Of a DNA stretch of 64,000 bases, positions 39,722-49,376 are shown piece after piece; position 1 is the stretch's first letter, and the number at the start of each line of letters is the position of its first letter. Where the stretch lies: NCBI GenBank assembly GCA_032249235.1, contig JAVVGF010000003.1:19213-83212 (forward strand), written 5' to 3'. Under the pieces are notes generated by a model that was not told the origin of the DNA, did not search any database, and saw only the letters and a program-made list of their open reading frames with translations. This stretch comes from Thermoproteota archaeon (lineage in GTDB: Archaea > Thermoproteota > Thermoprotei > Gearchaeales > Gearchaeaceae). The position numbers and the translations under genes were made by a program.

Positions 39722-40354
39722 AATCAACTAATCTGAATATGTATACGTTTTCTTTGTCAGCATAGCTCTTATTCCTTCTATCGCACTGTTCCATAATTGG
39801 GGTGTGAAACATTAAGCGCGCTGTCGCTTTATTCCATTTTATTATTCTTCATCATACTAAACATAATTATAGTATCATATTTCAAAGTTATAATTTTGTT
39901 TTAATTGACTATCTAAAAATTTTATTATAAATTGTCTAAATCTTTATATAAATAAATATTTTAAAAAGGATTAGCTAATATATTATATTTTTACGATATA
40001 TTTTAAGGATTTTATATATAAAAATCAAATAGATAAATAATTAATAAAGTTTCTCTTTGGATCGGAAGTTCATTGTCTATGAAGAGTCTCTTAAGATTTT
40101 TAATTTAGCAACGACTTCCTTAATTACCTCAACGGAAGCTTCCTCTTTTATCGTTGAAAGGTGAGACAAATTGATCTTATAGTAGAATGCGAGTAAAAAG
40201 CTATAATGTATTGAACTCTAGCTTCTCAGAAGATTGATAAATGTTCAATCTGACAAGGCAATAAGTGAAGCTTTTATTGTTAAAACTAACTTTATGAACG
40301 CTTAGTTTTTTTAGGATAACGATAAAAAGCTCATTAAAATTAATAATCTTAGTA

Positions 40355-40759
40355 ATGTTAAACGAAAAAGAATTTATTAGATGGATTAAAACTGCTAAAC
40401 ATACTCTCGAAAGCGCTAAATTGGATAAGGATAATGGTTATTATAACTGGGCATGTTTTAAGGCTCAACAAGCAGCAGAACTTGCAACTAAGGCATACTT
40501 TTATGGAATAGGGGAACCTAAAATAGGCCATTCAATAGCTTATTTGTTGCAATCAATGCCTAATGTACATATTGACTTGATAAATAAGGCTAAATTTTTA
40601 GATAAAATGTATATTCCAACCCGATATCCAAATTCTTGGCATTCTGGAACCCCAGATTTCTATTATACTTTAAATGAAGCTGAACAAGCTATCAATTATG
40701 CGAAGGAAATAATTGATTTTGTTGAGGAAGCATGGAAGAAATTATCAAAAAACGTATAG
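40355..40759 (+). CDS. HEPN domain protein (toxin of a HEPN/MNT pair)
   Basis: About 130 aa of helical protein with an R-x5-H motif (RYPNSWH). It overlaps the downstream MNT gene by 28 nt. Confidence 0.7.
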   Translation: MLNEKEFIRWIKTAKHTLESAKLDKDNGYYNWACFKAQQAAELATKAYFYGIGEPKIGHSIAYLLQSMPNVHIDLINKAKFLDKMYIPTRYPNSWHSGTPDFYYTLNEAEQAINYAKEIIDFVEEAWKKLSKNV

Positions 40760-41109
40760 AAAAAAGAAACAAAATCATTAACGAGGCAAAGAAATTTGTA
40801 TTTTCATTAAAAGGAAAGTATACCGCCTTTTTAATAGGTTCATATGCAAGGGGAGATTTCAATACCGGAAGCGATGTGGACATCCTTTTAATTGGAGATT
40901 TCATGGATGAAAATCCTCTAAAAAGGCTTTTAAATTTAGATTTCCCTGCAGGCTATGAAGTCATTGCTTTAACAGAGCAAGAGTTTTGGATTGCTTTGGA
41001 AAATAATGATCCAATAATATGGGACGTACTTGCCAAATGCATAGTCTTAAGAGATGATTATGGTTTAACAAAGAAGATAAATATAAAAAACAAAAGAGAC
41101 TTAAAATAA
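40732..41109 (+). CDS. Minimal nucleotidyltransferase (MNT) antitoxin
   Basis: GSYARGD…GSDVDILLIGD nucleotidyltransferase motif. Confidence 0.75.
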   Translation: MEEIIKKRIEKRNKIINEAKKFVFSLKGKYTAFLIGSYARGDFNTGSDVDILLIGDFMDENPLKRLLNLDFPAGYEVIALTEQEFWIALENNDPIIWDVLAKCIVLRDDYGLTKKINIKNKRDLK

Positions 41110-41472
41110 ATTCAATTTCATTTGGCTTTAGATTCAATATTTATTAACTAAATTTAGTTCTTTTATTACAAATGAAAAACTTGCCCTTCAGGGCTGGAAT
41201 GAAAATACTTAAATATTTATTTTATAAATTTCTCTTAGGAAGTTCAGTAAAGCTCCTCCTAAGCTTGATAGAGGGTTTATGGGACTTAGGAAGGAGCATT
41301 CAGCATCTCTTTTTAATGAAGAATTCTTATTAGAATCCAGATATAGGGCTGGCTGCCCTTTTAATGAAGGTTTCTTTTATTTAAACCAGATAATATGGGA
41401 AAAGCTTGACCCCTCTAGTGTCCAGCAAATGCGAGATGTAGCTCCGAATCAATGCTGGAAACCAATGAGCTT

Positions 41473-41503
41473 CTCTAGAAGTAGAACCCTCAACCTTCTA
41501 GAG
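41473..41503 (-). terminator. Perfect 9-bp inverted repeat (CTCTAGAAG…CTTCTAGAG) with a 13-nt loop, immediately 3' of the PaREP1 gene
   Basis: Seen directly in the sequence, 12 nt downstream of the PaREP1 stop. Confidence 0.3.
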
Positions 41504-41514
41504 CAGTGAGGAGG

Positions 41515-41982
41515 TCAGTAGAGTGTTTTCTTAGCCTCTTCGAGCATCTTCCTAACTTTACTTATATAGCCTTCTATTCTGTTAATGGGCAATTTACCTT
41601 CATGAAATCCCCAAACATGTAATATGTATGCAGAACTCCAACCATCAATTACCCAGTCACCCAGCTTGGTTGACAACACCTCACTTGCGCTTACAAGCAA
41701 ATAAGTATACCACCTACCTTCTCTAATTGCTTGTTGATATTCTTGCAAATTAAACTTCTCAGATAAAGCCTTAATTACCTCTTCAGCTACCTTATAAACC
41801 TTTTCGGAAGCCTGAACAACATCACCTTTTTTTACATATTCTTCTGCCTCACTCATGTACTTCTCTGCTAAAGAAACTCTCAGTTTAATACCCTCTTGGG
41901 GGTCTTCCTTTGCTAAAGCGTTGATGAGCAAATCCTCAACATTTATCCCTTTCTCCTCCAGTCTTTTAATAAGCTCCTCCAC
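41515..41982 (-). CDS. PaREP1 family protein
   Basis: A paralog of 32035..32523 with about 50% identity by eye over the whole length. Confidence 0.75.
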   Translation of the reverse strand: MEELIKRLEEKGINVEDLLINALAKEDPQEGIKLRVSLAEKYMSEAEEYVKKGDVVQASEKVYKVAEEVIKALSEKFNLQEYQQAIREGRWYTYLLVSASEVLSTKLGDWVIDGWSSAYILHVWGFHEGKLPINRIEGYISKVRKMLEEAKKTLY

Positions 41983-43123
41983 AACACAAATTACTGTTTG
42001 CCCGTTTTTATATTTGTTGTTAAATTATTAACAGTAAATTCCGTAAATACTAGCTATTTAGATTATTATCTCGGCTTTGCTTTGTAGGGTTGTTCAATTT
42101 TTATCAGAGCTTACATAAAGCTTTCTTTCAATTCGACGAATGATCTTGAGTTTTAATTAACTCGATAAGCTTAACATCTGAGATAATTCAAAAACCCACA
42201 AAGCAGTTAAATGAATATTAATAGTAATCAATGCATTAATGGAGAAGCAAAATCTGGAGCTTCAGAGGAGGGTCTTTCTCCTTCTCCAAAGCTCTTTAAT
42301 GAGCTTATGAAGGGAAGGAATGGGTTCATCCTGACAGGGGAAGAGGCTTATGAGAGCTTCAATGAACTCGAGAGAAGCTCTAGGCCGTTGAATCCCAAGT
42401 ATTATGTAAGTCGATTTAAGACTACATAGCTTAGAACCCCTAAAAGACTAGGCTTTCTGTTATATCTATCTTTCTCCACGCCTTGAAAAGGCAAGGGCTC
42501 TCTTTCCAAAGCGATTCATTGTTCCCACCATAGATTGGAATTACATATCGCATATGAGAGACAGTAAGTAGCACAGGAGAGGATAGATGATTATTCGAAG
42601 AGAGCAGTCGAAGCAGCTGTAGAGATGGTTTATAAGATGAGGAAACTTAGCGAACATGGAAAAATTGAAGGGATTGTAGAGATATGATACGCTTAGGTGT
42701 AATACAATTAAAAGATTATGAGAACTGGATAAAACTGTTAGGTTTCGATAGGGAGTGGGTTGTTCAGGCTACACAAGCCCTTGAATTAATTCGAGATGGA
42801 AGATGTAGTAATATTTGCATCCTAGAGGAATAGAAGCAAGAGTTAAGATATGAGATTTAATGTCTTAAACTCAGAAAAGGATTAAAGTCTGTACCATATA
42901 TAACCAAGAAAACCTTTTGTTCCATACTCAAGATTGGCCATTGATTGTGTAACTATTATTATAATACGTGAGAACTAGAGCACCTACCGCTAAGAATTAT
43001 TAGTAAAGCCCCATCTCATGTATCTTCGTTCTGAACATCAATAACTGTTAAAATGTCATAATCAGATACGTAAAAATTAATTATTTACAAAAATTCAATT
43101 AATTTATTACTGTTATCTTATTT

Positions 43124-43792
43124 ATGGATAAAGAAAACTTTAGAAAGCCTTATTTGATAATCTTCTCCACTATGACAATAGATGGCAGGATTGCAAGTAA
43201 AACATGGTTTTCTAATTTAAGCTGTCCAAAGGATCTAGAGAGGTTGCATAAGCTAAGAGCTGAAACAGGTGCCGTAATGATTGGAGCTGAAACTGTCATA
43301 AAAGATGATCCTTCATTGAGATTGAAGTACTTTAAAGGAGATGATCCATATAAAATAATTATAGATGGTTTATTAAGAGTACCCATATCTGCTAGAGTTT
43401 TTACTATCAATCCTGAAAAAGCTATATTATTTACTTCTAAATTTGCGGATGAAGAAAAAATAAGGGCATTAAAAGAAAAAGGTGTTAGAGTTTTTCAATT
43501 TGAAACAAAGATTCTGAATTTAAGGGAAGTATTGAATAAGTTGTATGAGCTAGGCTTAAAGAAAATAATGGTTGAGGGAGGAGGTGTATTGAATTGGAAT
43601 TTGCTCAACTCAAAATTGGTTGATGAGCTAAGAATAACAATATCTCCTTATGTTTTCGGGAAAGGAAGGAGCGTATTTGATGGTGAAGGTTATTCTAATA
43701 CTTCAGAAAGTCCTAAGTTTGAATTGAAAAGCTATGAAATTTGCGAATGCGGCAATGAAGTCCATTTAATTTATAAAGTCAATTATTCTTAA
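43124..43792 (+). CDS. RibD C-terminal-domain (DHFR-fold) reductase, archaeal ArfC-type 2,5-diamino-6-ribosylamino-pyrimidinone 5'-phosphate reductase-like
   Basis: A 222 aa DHFR-like fold (…TMTIDGRIA…GGG…). Size and motifs match archaeal riboflavin-pathway reductases. Confidence 0.65.
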   Translation: MDKENFRKPYLIIFSTMTIDGRIASKTWFSNLSCPKDLERLHKLRAETGAVMIGAETVIKDDPSLRLKYFKGDDPYKIIIDGLLRVPISARVFTINPEKAILFTSKFADEEKIRALKEKGVRVFQFETKILNLREVLNKLYELGLKKIMVEGGGVLNWNLLNSKLVDELRITISPYVFGKGRSVFDGEGYSNTSESPKFELKSYEICECGNEVHLIYKVNYS

Positions 43793-43928
43793 TGAAAAGC
43801 TTAAGCTTTAAGTTTAAAATTTCTAGCATATCTATTTATAAAACAATACATTCTAACTTAATTAACTCTAGTTTTTTTAATAGAAATTGCTCTAATAAAT
43901 TTTTATAGTTCAATATTTCTTAGTATAA

Positions 43929-45050
43929 TTAGAATCTGATTCTATTTCCATTAATATATATTTCAATAATTGAGCTACTATCGATTCTTTTTATAAAAGT
44001 CAATAACTTATTATAAGATTTATCCAATCCTATTCTTTCATTAGAGACAATCAAAAAGTCAGCAGGATATCCTTCTTTAATTATTCCCCCTTTCTTATTG
44101 AAGAGTTTGTATCCATTAATAGTTGCCCATTTAATCAATTGCTTAGTGTAATCTATTCTAGTTAAATTCCTTATTCTAATCATCAAAGTTTCAATCTCTC
44201 TCCAAATGTATGGTGAAACCCAACCTATATTATCGGTACCTATGGCAACATCGGCTTCTTCTTTAAGTAAACTTATGACATCAGGAAAACCTACATTGAA
44301 CCAAAGATTCGATCTAGGACAGATGATAATGAATTTTTTTAATTCCTTAATCTTCCTTATTTCATCAAGATTCAGGTGCGTACAATGTACGAATGCATCA
44401 GGATTTAAGTTATCTAAAGCTATCCAAAAGTCTTTGTTATCATGATTTCCTTTTGTTTCGCTTACATGTATATGTATGAATTTATCTTTGAATATTTCTC
44501 TCATCAATCTCATTTCATCCTCGTTATATGCGAAAGAATCTGGAATACCTAAGCCATCAGCATAATAATAAAGTTTCTTGAGTTCATCCTCTATATTTAA
44601 TTTTGAAGGTCTTCCTAGTATTAAATATCTTTCATGAAACTTTTCAGTCGCTTCGCTAGCACCTTTAAATCCTCCTTCAACAAAATCTGCTATGATTGAA
44701 TAACCTAGTCGAATGAGGTTTTTCACCCATTTAATTCTAGTTTCTTTAAGTAATGCTTTATCAATTTTCTCAAGCATTTTATGTTTTAGACCAGTGACAG
44801 GTTTTACCAGCTCTTCTAAAGTTAAATCATAACCAATATCCGAGAAACAGGAATCTCCTGTATGAACATGGGCATTAACAAAAGGAGGCGTTATTATTAT
44901 AGAAGGAAAGTTACCTTCTTTTCCTCTTTCTATCTTTTTAATTATTCCGTCTTCAATAACCATTGATATGTTTTCGTGAAATTCAAAGTCATCAAGTAAC
45001 GCAAACCTCGCTTTAATTTCTTTTTCATCTTTAGAATGCAAATTTTCCAT
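43929..45050 (-). CDS. Amidohydrolase superfamily protein (metal-dependent deaminase/chlorohydrolase-like)
   Basis: An N-terminal metal-binding HxH (FVNAHVHTGD), a later HIHVSE motif, and a distal GTD motif. Confidence 0.65.
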   Translation of the reverse strand: MENLHSKDEKEIKARFALLDDFEFHENISMVIEDGIIKKIERGKEGNFPSIIITPPFVNAHVHTGDSCFSDIGYDLTLEELVKPVTGLKHKMLEKIDKALLKETRIKWVKNLIRLGYSIIADFVEGGFKGASEATEKFHERYLILGRPSKLNIEDELKKLYYYADGLGIPDSFAYNEDEMRLMREIFKDKFIHIHVSETKGNHDNKDFWIALDNLNPDAFVHCTHLNLDEIRKIKELKKFIIICPRSNLWFNVGFPDVISLLKEEADVAIGTDNIGWVSPYIWREIETLMIRIRNLTRIDYTKQLIKWATINGYKLFNKKGGIIKEGYPADFLIVSNERIGLDKSYNKLLTFIKRIDSSSIIEIYINGNRIRF

Positions 45051-45071
45051 AAGTTTCTCAATAAATTTACT

Positions 45072-46328
45072 CTATCTCATTTCTCTTCTATATTTGAATC
45101 TTTCATCCTTTATGAGCTTAAAATATGAACCGAATCTTTCCTCGCTCCATACAATATTTTCTATTTGTTCTGAGCCTTTTTCTTCAGGACTATTAAATAT
45201 TTTGATGATCTTATAAGTAGTTGTTCTTTGTGCAGGAATCCTTTTCGCATCGAAAATTAACCTTCTTATCTCCATGGGTGACATGAATTGACCATATTTA
45301 GCTCCAGCTGCAGAAGATATGCTTTCATTTATGAGAGTTCCTCCGAAATCGTTAGCTCCACAATTCAACAAAAATTGGGCAAATTTTTGTCCTTCTTTAA
45401 CCCATGAAACCTGAATATTTCTTATGTAGTCATTTAAAACAAGTCTAGAAGTTGCATACAAAGCAACTATTTCTTCTCCCGACGGCCCCGGTTTAATTCC
45501 ATTGATAAGCTTATATTTATACATCGGAGCTTCTTCATATATAAAGCTCAAAGGTACGAATTCAGTAAAACCTTTTGTCTCTCTCTGAATTTCTCTGAGT
45601 ATCAATAAATGCTTAGCTCGATGGATTTCTTTTTCGACATGCCCATACATTATTGTTGAAGTTGAAGGGATGCCTAATTTATGTGCAGTTTTAATTATTT
45701 TTATCCATTCTGATGCAGAAATCCTACCTGGCGATATAATTTGTCTTATTTCGTCATCTAAAATTTCAGCGGCTGTTCCTGGTATAGAATCCAAGCCAGC
45801 TTCTTTCAGCACTTTCAAATATTCTTCATAAGAAAGTCTTGCAAGATTTGCTCCGTACCAAATTTCAATAGGAGAAAAAGCATGTATATGTATTAGAGGA
45901 AGTTCCTTCTTTATAGCTCTGATTATTTTAGGATAGAATTCCCAATCCAGCTTTGGAGGTAATCCTCCTTGGATACATACTTCAGTAGCACCAAGTTCGT
46001 ATGCTTCTTTCGCTCTTCTAACTATTTCTTCGATCGGTAAAAAGTAAGTTTCTTCACTTCTAAAATCTTTGCTAAATGCACAGAAACCGCAACTCATAAT
46101 ACAAACATTCGTAAAATTTATGTTTCTGTTTATTACATACGTAACGATATCTCCTACTGTTTCTCTTCTTAAAATATCAGCGGCCAAACAAATTAAATAT
46201 AATTCTATCCCCCTACATTTCAGGAGTTTTTCTACTTCTTCAAGATTGAGATCTTTATGCGATAGAGCTCTTTCTACAATACTTACAATTTCAGGATCTG
46301 CGATTTTTTCAATTGATTCAAGCTTCAT
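45072..46328 (-). CDS. Radical SAM enzyme, CofH-like (FO synthase subunit 2) or MqnE-like
   Basis: CIMSCGFC CxxxCxxC cluster. Length is about 420 aa. It overlaps the upstream CofG-like gene by 4 nt. Confidence 0.6.
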   Translation of the reverse strand: MKLESIEKIADPEIVSIVERALSHKDLNLEEVEKLLKCRGIELYLICLAADILRRETVGDIVTYVINRNINFTNVCIMSCGFCAFSKDFRSEETYFLPIEEIVRRAKEAYELGATEVCIQGGLPPKLDWEFYPKIIRAIKKELPLIHIHAFSPIEIWYGANLARLSYEEYLKVLKEAGLDSIPGTAAEILDDEIRQIISPGRISASEWIKIIKTAHKLGIPSTSTIMYGHVEKEIHRAKHLLILREIQRETKGFTEFVPLSFIYEEAPMYKYKLINGIKPGPSGEEIVALYATSRLVLNDYIRNIQVSWVKEGQKFAQFLLNCGANDFGGTLINESISSAAGAKYGQFMSPMEIRRLIFDAKRIPAQRTTTYKIIKIFNSPEEKGSEQIENIVWSEERFGSYFKLIKDERFKYRREMR

Positions 46329-47491
46329 AGCGGCTTTTCCAACACATATCCTTTTTCATCTACTAATTTCGAAGCAATCTCTTTAACTTGTTCAGATAAG
46401 AAATCTTTTTTATTCAGATATTCGGGATACACTGGTAATCTTTGTTTTAGAATAAATCCTTCTTTTGCAAGCTCTCTTCTTATAAATTCGATGTGCGGCC
46501 AAGGTTTTTCAGGATTTACATAATCAATCGTTAAAGGTGAAATGCCACCCAAATCATTTATGCCTGCTCTAACGAGCTTCCTAACGTTCAAGTACAAATT
46601 CGGAGGAGCTTGAAGATTCATTTCTCCTAATATAATTCTAGTCAAAGCTAAAAATTTCAAGAAATAATGTTCAGAAGGAGGGGAGAAGTTTTCCATCATT
46701 GTTCCTTTTTTGGGCATGAAAGGTTGAATTATGACCTCTTGTATATGACCATATCTTTCGTGAATTTCTTTTATTGCAAATACAGATCTGATTGCTTCTT
46801 CCAATGTTTCTCCTATTCCTAGAAGTATACCTGTAGTGAAGGGAATTCTTAATTTACCAGCTTCTTCGATCACCTTGATTCTTAACTTTGGATTTTTGCT
46901 AGGTGCGAATTCATGAGGCATACCTTTTTGCATCAATCTTTCACTTATATTTTCCAACATAAGACCTAGACTTGCATTGTATCGTTTTAGTTTTTCCATT
47001 TCATATCCAGTTAAAAGCCCAGCGTTTGTATGTGGAAGTATTCCCAATTCTAATAATGTTTTTGAAACATCATAAAGCCATTCAATTGTGCTTGTTAGAT
47101 TTTTATTTTTTAGAAAGACGATTGCTTCTTTATACTTTGCCTCAGGCCTCTCACCTGTTACCAATAATGCTTCGGTGCATCCTAATTCTATACCCTTTCT
47201 TGCAGTTTCAATAATTTCGTTTAGCTCTAGATAGCGACCACCTTCTTCTGGTTCTTTTTTGTATATACAATATAAGCAATGATCTTTACAAAGCGTTGTA
47301 ATGGGTATAAATACTTTCCTAGAATATGTGATGATATTTCCTTTATAAGTATCACGTATGGATGAAGCGATTTTAAAAATTTCTTCTTCATTTAATTCAT
47401 GAAAAATTCTTACAGCTTTTTCGTAATCTATCGATTCACTAAGCTTTATTGCTTCTTCTGAATTCATTAACCAATAATTTCTAATAAGCAT
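46325..47491 (-). CDS. Radical SAM enzyme, CofG-like (FO synthase subunit 1) or MqnC-like
   Basis: CKDHCLYC CxxxCxxC cluster. Length is about 390 aa. It is paired with the CofH-like gene. Confidence 0.6.
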   Translation of the reverse strand: MLIRNYWLMNSEEAIKLSESIDYEKAVRIFHELNEEEIFKIASSIRDTYKGNIITYSRKVFIPITTLCKDHCLYCIYKKEPEEGGRYLELNEIIETARKGIELGCTEALLVTGERPEAKYKEAIVFLKNKNLTSTIEWLYDVSKTLLELGILPHTNAGLLTGYEMEKLKRYNASLGLMLENISERLMQKGMPHEFAPSKNPKLRIKVIEEAGKLRIPFTTGILLGIGETLEEAIRSVFAIKEIHERYGHIQEVIIQPFMPKKGTMMENFSPPSEHYFLKFLALTRIILGEMNLQAPPNLYLNVRKLVRAGINDLGGISPLTIDYVNPEKPWPHIEFIRRELAKEGFILKQRLPVYPEYLNKKDFLSEQVKEIASKLVDEKGYVLEKPL

Positions 47492-47652
47492 ATAAGTTGT
47501 TTCTTGTCTTCATGACAGTGATATATCTGGTCGAACTAGCTTGAGTTGCTGAATAATCTATAAGCGATCTCATCATAATTAATTAGCTGTTTTCTTATTT
47601 TCTAAAGTCTGATGTTAATCTAGTTTTTATTAAAGTCTAAAGTTTAGGAGAT

Positions 47653-47991
47653 ATGGAAGATAAGTTACATGAGATAGTAGCAAGCATAAAAAGAATTGCA
47701 AATTTAAATGGTAATTCCAATACTCGTGCATTAAGCTTTAACTGGAATAAGGAAGGAAAATGGGATGTATATATTTATGATTTCAAAGAAAAACAGATTC
47801 GCAAAATAACGTCTGGCAAAGATTCTTATCTAAATCCTAATTTCTCTCATAGCGGTAAAGAGATATTGTACTTAAAGGATAAAGAAGGAGATGAAAATTT
47901 TCAAGTAATTCTAAGAAATCTTAAAAGCGACGAGGAAATTCAATTGACTAATGACTTGCTTCGGTATCGCCTAAAAAGATTCGAGGTTTAA
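47653..47991 (+). pseudogene. Isolated N-terminal fragment of a TolB/PD40-type beta-propeller (S9 peptidase-like) protein
   Basis: A 112 aa ORF ending abruptly. It resembles the first blades of a PD40 beta-propeller and has no downstream continuation. Confidence 0.35.
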
Positions 47992-48174
47992 TTAAAAACG
48001 AAATAGAGGGAAAAGGAAGAGGAAACTTAGTACATTGCCAACACATCAACAAATATCACTATATTGAAATAGAGCCAAATTATCTCTATGCTTCACTTAA
48101 GAAAGCGAAAGAATATTCTTGATAAATTACCTACTAATGAATATCAAAAACTGCTACTTAAAAGAAGATGATTA

Positions 48175-49089
48175 TTATTTTTCAGCTAACTTCTTCTCAA
48201 TCTCTGATCTTAACTTAGATCTTAACCTTTTTGCATCTTCTCTAACTACAATTTCAATTTTTTCCTGTAGTCCTAGATACTCTGTCAATTGAAGATTTTT
48301 TATTCCTATCCTCTCTTCTATTACATCTTTTAGTTCAAGATCTATTTCATATCCAATAAAATTTCTTCCAAGTCTTTTAGCAACTATGCATGTAGTACCT
48401 GTACCTAAGAAAGGCTCCAATACTGTTTCTCCATAATAACTATACAAAGTTATGATCCTCTCAACAAGCTCCTCTGGAAATGCTGCAGTATATTTACTCC
48501 ATTTTTCACTTGGAAGAACGTTTTTTATATCCCAAACAGACAGATACCATTTTTCTTCTTGGAATTTTTTTAGATCGATCTTGCTTTTTTGTTTTATTTC
48601 ATCAGGTAAGATGTTTTTCTCGAACTTTCCAGGTTTTTTAAATATGATTATATCTTCGTATATATTATCTGGAAAATAATACATAGGATAAGGATGTTGA
48701 ATAATGACACCGCTTCTTCTTGAGATCCTAATATATCCTTCAGGTTTTCTCCATATGATTCTTTCTTGATATTCGAATCCTATATCTTGCATTATTCTTG
48801 TTAAATCTGAAACAATAGGGTAAAGTTTTCCGTTTATTCTAACGTCTTGTGTTACAAAGCAAGCCATCCTACCATTTTGAAGAATCCTGAAAATTTCTTT
48901 ACCTACTTTTTCAATTGTTCTAAGAAATTCCTCATAAGAATTATAAAGATTGGGAAAATCAAAAGGAGCATTGTAATAAGGCGGCGACGTTACAACCAAA
49001 TGAACAGTTCCACTATTTATTTCTTTCATGTTTTCTGAATTTCCGAAAATTATTTTAACAAACATGCACGTTTCTATAATACATTTCAA
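48175..49089 (-). CDS. DNA methyltransferase, beta-class N4-cytosine/N6-adenine type (DNA methylase N-4/N-6 domain)
   Basis: Motif IV SPPY comes before the C-terminal motif I LEPFLGTGTT (FxGxG). No restriction endonuclease is adjacent. Confidence 0.75.
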   Translation of the reverse strand: MKCIIETCMFVKIIFGNSENMKEINSGTVHLVVTSPPYYNAPFDFPNLYNSYEEFLRTIEKVGKEIFRILQNGRMACFVTQDVRINGKLYPIVSDLTRIMQDIGFEYQERIIWRKPEGYIRISRRSGVIIQHPYPMYYFPDNIYEDIIIFKKPGKFEKNILPDEIKQKSKIDLKKFQEEKWYLSVWDIKNVLPSEKWSKYTAAFPEELVERIITLYSYYGETVLEPFLGTGTTCIVAKRLGRNFIGYEIDLELKDVIEERIGIKNLQLTEYLGLQEKIEIVVREDAKRLRSKLRSEIEKKLAEK

Positions 49090-49376
49090 TAAATTAACCT
49101 AAATTCCTAATTTATATCAGACTTTCCATTATCTGAATTATTAATCTTATTATTCAATGAGGACCTAGCCTTCCGCTTTTATTAGCCGTTATTCAAACAA
49201 AAATTTCTTAATGAAAATTAATTATAGATGCATTTTGTAAAATAAATCATATTTTCAGTTAAATCATGATCACGGAATACTTTGATTATTCTGCAGGTTT
49301 TGTTATCTTATTTTGAGTTTTGAAATTCTACTCTTAAGTTTTTAAAAGAAGAAATGAATCTAGTAGATAAACATAG

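Noticed and set aside
39620-40355. Replication origin in the large AT-rich gap
   Set aside because: No ORB-like dyad elements of the Sulfolobus type were recognised. No orc1/cdc6 or whiP gene is adjacent. The gap is more economically explained as an insertion scar.
41279-42429. The 76-aa and 72-aa + strand ORFs at 41279..41509 and 42211..42429
   Set aside because: Neither has a recognisable domain. The first runs into the 3' hairpin of the PaREP1 gene. The second sits in a region with stop codons in all frames (42.0-43.1 kb) that looks like decayed gene debris.
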